Assembly (NCBI GenBank): GCA_913020725.1
Contig: CAJWCD010000011.1
Location: 1 to 39,604 of the forward strand
Length of the DNA: 39,604 nt
Direction: 5' to 3'
From: an uncultured Pseudomonadota bacterium
GTDB taxonomy: Bacteria > SAR324 > NAC60-12
The notes under the pieces were generated by a model, which did not search any database, had not been told where the DNA came from, and worked only from the letters and a program-made list of their open reading frames with translations. This document shows, one piece after another, positions 36,417 through 39,604 of this stretch (the first letter of the stretch is position 1; every line of letters begins with the position of its first letter). A program made the position numbers and the translations under genes.

Positions 36417-38192
36417 ATGGCACTGATTGAGATAAAAGTTCCGGACATCGGGGATTTCAAAGAAGTGGAAATCGTCGAGATTTTGGTCCAACCCGGAGAT
36501 GCGGTGGCACAAGAAGCCTCGTTGGCCACACTGGAAAGCGACAAGGCGTCGATGGAGGTGCCGTCCTCGGATTCCGGAGTCGTCAAGGAACTCCGAGTGC
36601 AAGTGGGAGAAAAAGTTTCGGAGGGCAGTGTTCTGCTGCTGTTGGAAACCGAAGTCGCCGCTGCGTCTCCGGAACCTTTCCAACCGAAAATCGTTGCTGA
36701 ACCTTCCCAAACGGCCCCGCCGATAAGTCCAGCAACTCCAGAAGCCGGGGCTTTTGCGGGAGAGGCGGACCTTTCCTGCGAAGTGCTGGTGTTGGGGTCA
36801 GGTCCAGGCGGTTACACGGCGGCATTTCGGGCGGCGGACTTGGGCAAGCAGGTGGTGCTAGTCGAGCGTTACGAGAGCATCGGCGGGGTCTGCCTGAATG
36901 TCGGCTGCATCCCCTCCAAGGCACTGCTACACGCTGCGAAGGTCATTGACGAGACTAAGGCGATGCGTGAACATGGCATTGAATTTGGACCACCGCAGTT
37001 CGATCTCGACAAACTCCGGGGTTGGAAAGATCGCGTGGTCAAGCAGCTCACGGGTGGCCTCAAGCAACTCTCGAAGCAGCGCAAGGTCAAGCTCGTCACC
37101 GGAGTTGGAACCTTCCTCGACCCGCACCACCTGCAAGCGAGAGCGGCGGACGGTTCCGCCACCACGATCCACTTTGAACATGCCGTCATCGCCGCTGGTT
37201 CACAGTCGGTGAACTTGCCGTTCCTGCCAAACGATCCGCGCATCATCGACTCCACCGGAGCCTTGGAGTTGCGGGGCATTCCTGAGCATCTGCTCGTCAT
37301 CGGGGGGGGCATCATCGGGCTGGAAATGGCAACCGTGTTCCACGCGCTCGGCGCGAAGATCACAGTTGTTGAAATGCTCGATTCGCTGATGGCCGGAGCC
37401 GACAAGGACATCGTGCGGCCCTTCCAGAAAACCATCGGTAAACTCTACGAGAACATCTGGCTGGAAACGCGGGTAACGGCAGTGGCCGCGCAGAAAAAGG
37501 GATTGAAAGTCACGTTCGAGGGTAAGCACGCTCCGGAACAGCCGCTGGTCTTCGACCGCATTCTCTCTGCGGTTGGACGCTCTCCAAACGGCAAGAAGAT
37601 CGCTGCGAATCAAGCCGGAGTTGTGGTGGACGAACGCGGTTTCATTGCGGTGGATTCGCAAATGCGCACCAATGTTCCGCACATCTTCGCCATCGGCGAC
37701 ATCGTGGGACAACCGATGCTCGCGCACAAGGCCACACACGAGGGCAAAGTCGCCGCCGAAGTCATTTCCGGAATGAAGAGCCACTTTGATGCCCGCGTCA
37801 TTCCGTCTGTCGCCTACACTGATCCGGAGGTTGCATGGGTCGGAGTCACCGAAACTGAGGCAAAAGCGCAAGGGATCAAGATCGGTATCGGGCGTTTCCC
37901 GTGGGCCGCAAGCGGACGTAGTCTCTCGCTGGGGCGTAGCGAAGGGCTGACCAAGGTGATCTTTGACGAGAGGACCGAGCGCGTGATCGGCGCAGGGATC
38001 GTTGGTCCCAATGCTGGAGACTTGATCGCGGAAGTCGCGCTTGCCATCGAGATGGGCTGTGAAGCCTCCGACCTTGGCGCCACCATCCATCCGCACCCGA
38101 CGCTTTCCGAAACCATTGCCTTCGCTGCCGAAACCTTCGAGGGCACCATCACCGACCTCTACCTGCCTAAACGCAAGCAAGCAGCAAGCTGA
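36417..38192 (+). CDS. lpdA: Dihydrolipoamide dehydrogenase E3 with an N-terminal lipoyl domain
   Basis: LESDKASM, GSGPGGY, GGVCLNVGCIPSK, GGGIIGLE, HPHPTLSE. Confidence 0.98.
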   Translation: MALIEIKVPDIGDFKEVEIVEILVQPGDAVAQEASLATLESDKASMEVPSSDSGVVKELRVQVGEKVSEGSVLLLLETEVAAASPEPFQPKIVAEPSQTAPPISPATPEAGAFAGEADLSCEVLVLGSGPGGYTAAFRAADLGKQVVLVERYESIGGVCLNVGCIPSKALLHAAKVIDETKAMREHGIEFGPPQFDLDKLRGWKDRVVKQLTGGLKQLSKQRKVKLVTGVGTFLDPHHLQARAADGSATTIHFEHAVIAAGSQSVNLPFLPNDPRIIDSTGALELRGIPEHLLVIGGGIIGLEMATVFHALGAKITVVEMLDSLMAGADKDIVRPFQKTIGKLYENIWLETRVTAVAAQKKGLKVTFEGKHAPEQPLVFDRILSAVGRSPNGKKIAANQAGVVVDERGFIAVDSQMRTNVPHIFAIGDIVGQPMLAHKATHEGKVAAEVISGMKSHFDARVIPSVAYTDPEVAWVGVTETEAKAQGIKIGIGRFPWAASGRSLSLGRSEGLTKVIFDERTERVIGAGIVGPNAGDLIAEVALAIEMGCEASDLGATIHPHPTLSETIAFAAETFEGTITDLYLPKRKQAAS

Positions 38193-38404
38193 TGAGTTCG
38201 ATGTTCCAACCATGCTGGACGCGAATTCGAGCAAAGTGGTGACACTAGCGCAGTGATTGCCACTGCTTGCTCTGGAGAGAAGCCCACACCAGTGAGGTTT
38301 TCCGTGGTGATTTGGAGGGAAGTGTGGTAATCCTACAAATAAGCATCAGGATGCCCCAAATTTGCATTCCTCCACCAAGTTGATTGTAGGAGTCAGAAAA
38401 AACC

Positions 38405-38632
38405 ATGGCCACTTGGATAATGTTGACCGTTGGATCAGCGGTGTTGCTTGTTGTGTGGCGGCTTCGTCGTCCGGAGGATGAGAAACTTGAGCCGCCCTCA
38501 AACATGACGATGTTCTTCCATCCCGTCAAGGGCGAAGGCGATCTTTTTCTGGGAGGAATGCTAATCATCTACTTCTTCTCGCGCTTAGCCCTCTTCATGT
38601 TCCAAGACATCCGCTCAGTCTTCTTCAACTAA
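38405..38632 (+). CDS. Small hypothetical two-TM membrane protein
   Basis: 75 aa with two hydrophobic segments; AGGAG 12 nt upstream of the ATG; ends 12 nt from the convergent MOSC stop. Confidence 0.5.
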   Translation: MATWIMLTVGSAVLLVVWRLRRPEDEKLEPPSNMTMFFHPVKGEGDLFLGGMLIIYFFSRLALFMFQDIRSVFFN

Positions 38633-38644
38633 GCGGCTGCGTCT

Positions 38645-39448
38645 TCACGACTCCGGTACCACTTCCATTCCCACTTCCAGCCGACCTTCTGAAGCGGGAA
38701 TCCAGTTCTGCCCAAACAGCACCTTGCCCTGCTGCTTTCGGTAGGCGGCCAATGTTTTCAACGGCTCCGGACCCGCGAGAGTTCCGGAAGCGGGATCGAC
38801 TGTGGTGAGGACACAACGCCCGCAAGGTTCGCCTCCGTAAAAACTCAAAGCGTCGATGCGCACTTTACGCCAAGCATCTTCAGCATACGGCTGAGTTTCG
38901 GCAAGCACCAGATTCGGACGGAAACGCAACATCGGTACGGGTTCCGGAAGCCGCGAGTTGAGATCATCGAGCGATGCCTCCGAAATCGCCAGCAGGGGAA
39001 AACCATCCGCAAAGGAAACAGGGTGCCGCTGCGGAGAGCGCTCCGAGTCAACCTCCCGGAAGGTGGATTCCGGCATCCACACCAAGCGGCTCTCCTCACC
39101 CACCGCACGGCTAATCCACTGATCCGCTTCGTCTGAAACCTGCCACGCCTCCACCGTGTCTCGCCACACCCGTACTTGCTCCGGCTTGCCAGAATCGGGT
39201 ACCAGCGGCAGTTCCAACTCCGACTGTTCCGGAGTCGAAAGCACGAGCCGATTCCCATCAAGGCACGGCTGCACAAGGGCTAGGTGTGGGAATTTTCGCT
39301 GGGTGCAGAACTCACTGTGGGCGTCCACGATCAGCCAACGGCGGTCGTGTTCAAGGCCACGAAGCGTCACCCGCGCTTGCGTCAGAGCAAGGGCAGCACA
39401 AGACTTGATGGGGTAAATCGTCAGGGCAGAGAGTCGAGGTTGAGGCAT
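38645..39448 (-). CDS. MOSC-domain protein (YcbX/mARC-like, no ferredoxin domain)
   Basis: IYPIKSC, DRRWLIVD, FADGFPLL, RFRPNLV, PCGRC, FGQN. Confidence 0.93.
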   Translation of the reverse strand: MPQPRLSALTIYPIKSCAALALTQARVTLRGLEHDRRWLIVDAHSEFCTQRKFPHLALVQPCLDGNRLVLSTPEQSELELPLVPDSGKPEQVRVWRDTVEAWQVSDEADQWISRAVGEESRLVWMPESTFREVDSERSPQRHPVSFADGFPLLAISEASLDDLNSRLPEPVPMLRFRPNLVLAETQPYAEDAWRKVRIDALSFYGGEPCGRCVLTTVDPASGTLAGPEPLKTLAAYRKQQGKVLFGQNWIPASEGRLEVGMEVVPES

Positions 39449-39604
39449 GTGATTAGGACTGGTTTAGGAGTTGAATCTACGCACAACTGTACCGCCAGTT
39501 GTGTGCCGGATCAAGTGGACAACTTTGGCAGCCTTGGAGGATGATCTTGAGAGACCCCTGTATTCTCAAGGGGTGGCGTGAGATTTTTCGGAATTTATCG
39601 GAGG

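Overview
Bacterial, moderately GC-rich window. The protein style suggests a SAR324-like or deltaproteobacterial organism, but that is inference only. Left part (1-12.5 kb, all minus strand): a tightly packed five-gene operon encoding (i) a membrane-anchored protein that appears to fuse a FliF-like periplasmic ring module to FliG middle/C-terminal domains, (ii) MotA, (iii) a long MotB with two Calx-beta-like domains inserted before its OmpA-like domain, (iv) an outer-membrane beta-barrel and (v) a secreted FecR-domain protein. Three large Ser/Thr-rich lipoprotein genes follow; one is missing from the ORF track and runs off the left edge. No other flagellar gene is in the window, so this is my best candidate for an undescribed ion-driven trans-envelope machine. 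In the four large Ser/Thr-rich lipoproteins almost every Asp-Asn continues as D-N-x-S/T (42 of 43 by hand count), suggesting a variant N-glycosylation sequon. The middle is mostly housekeeping: enoyl-CoA hydratase, esterase, rpsI/rplM, a cNMP-REC-GGDEF cyclase, PrsW, hemJ, an RqcH/NFACT protein, a degenerate kinase-fold protein, ribBA, a reductase-only RibD, a second barrel+FecR+MORN module and a YbbAP-like ABC transporter. The right part has an Ig-like/FGE-domain lipoprotein, the aceE-aceF-lpdA operon interrupted by a toxin-antitoxin pair with a frameshifted RelE/ParE-like toxin, and a MOSC protein. REP-like palindromes occur between genes. I saw no rRNA, tRNA, CRISPR array or transposase. 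All domain calls are by-eye motif recognition, not database searches.
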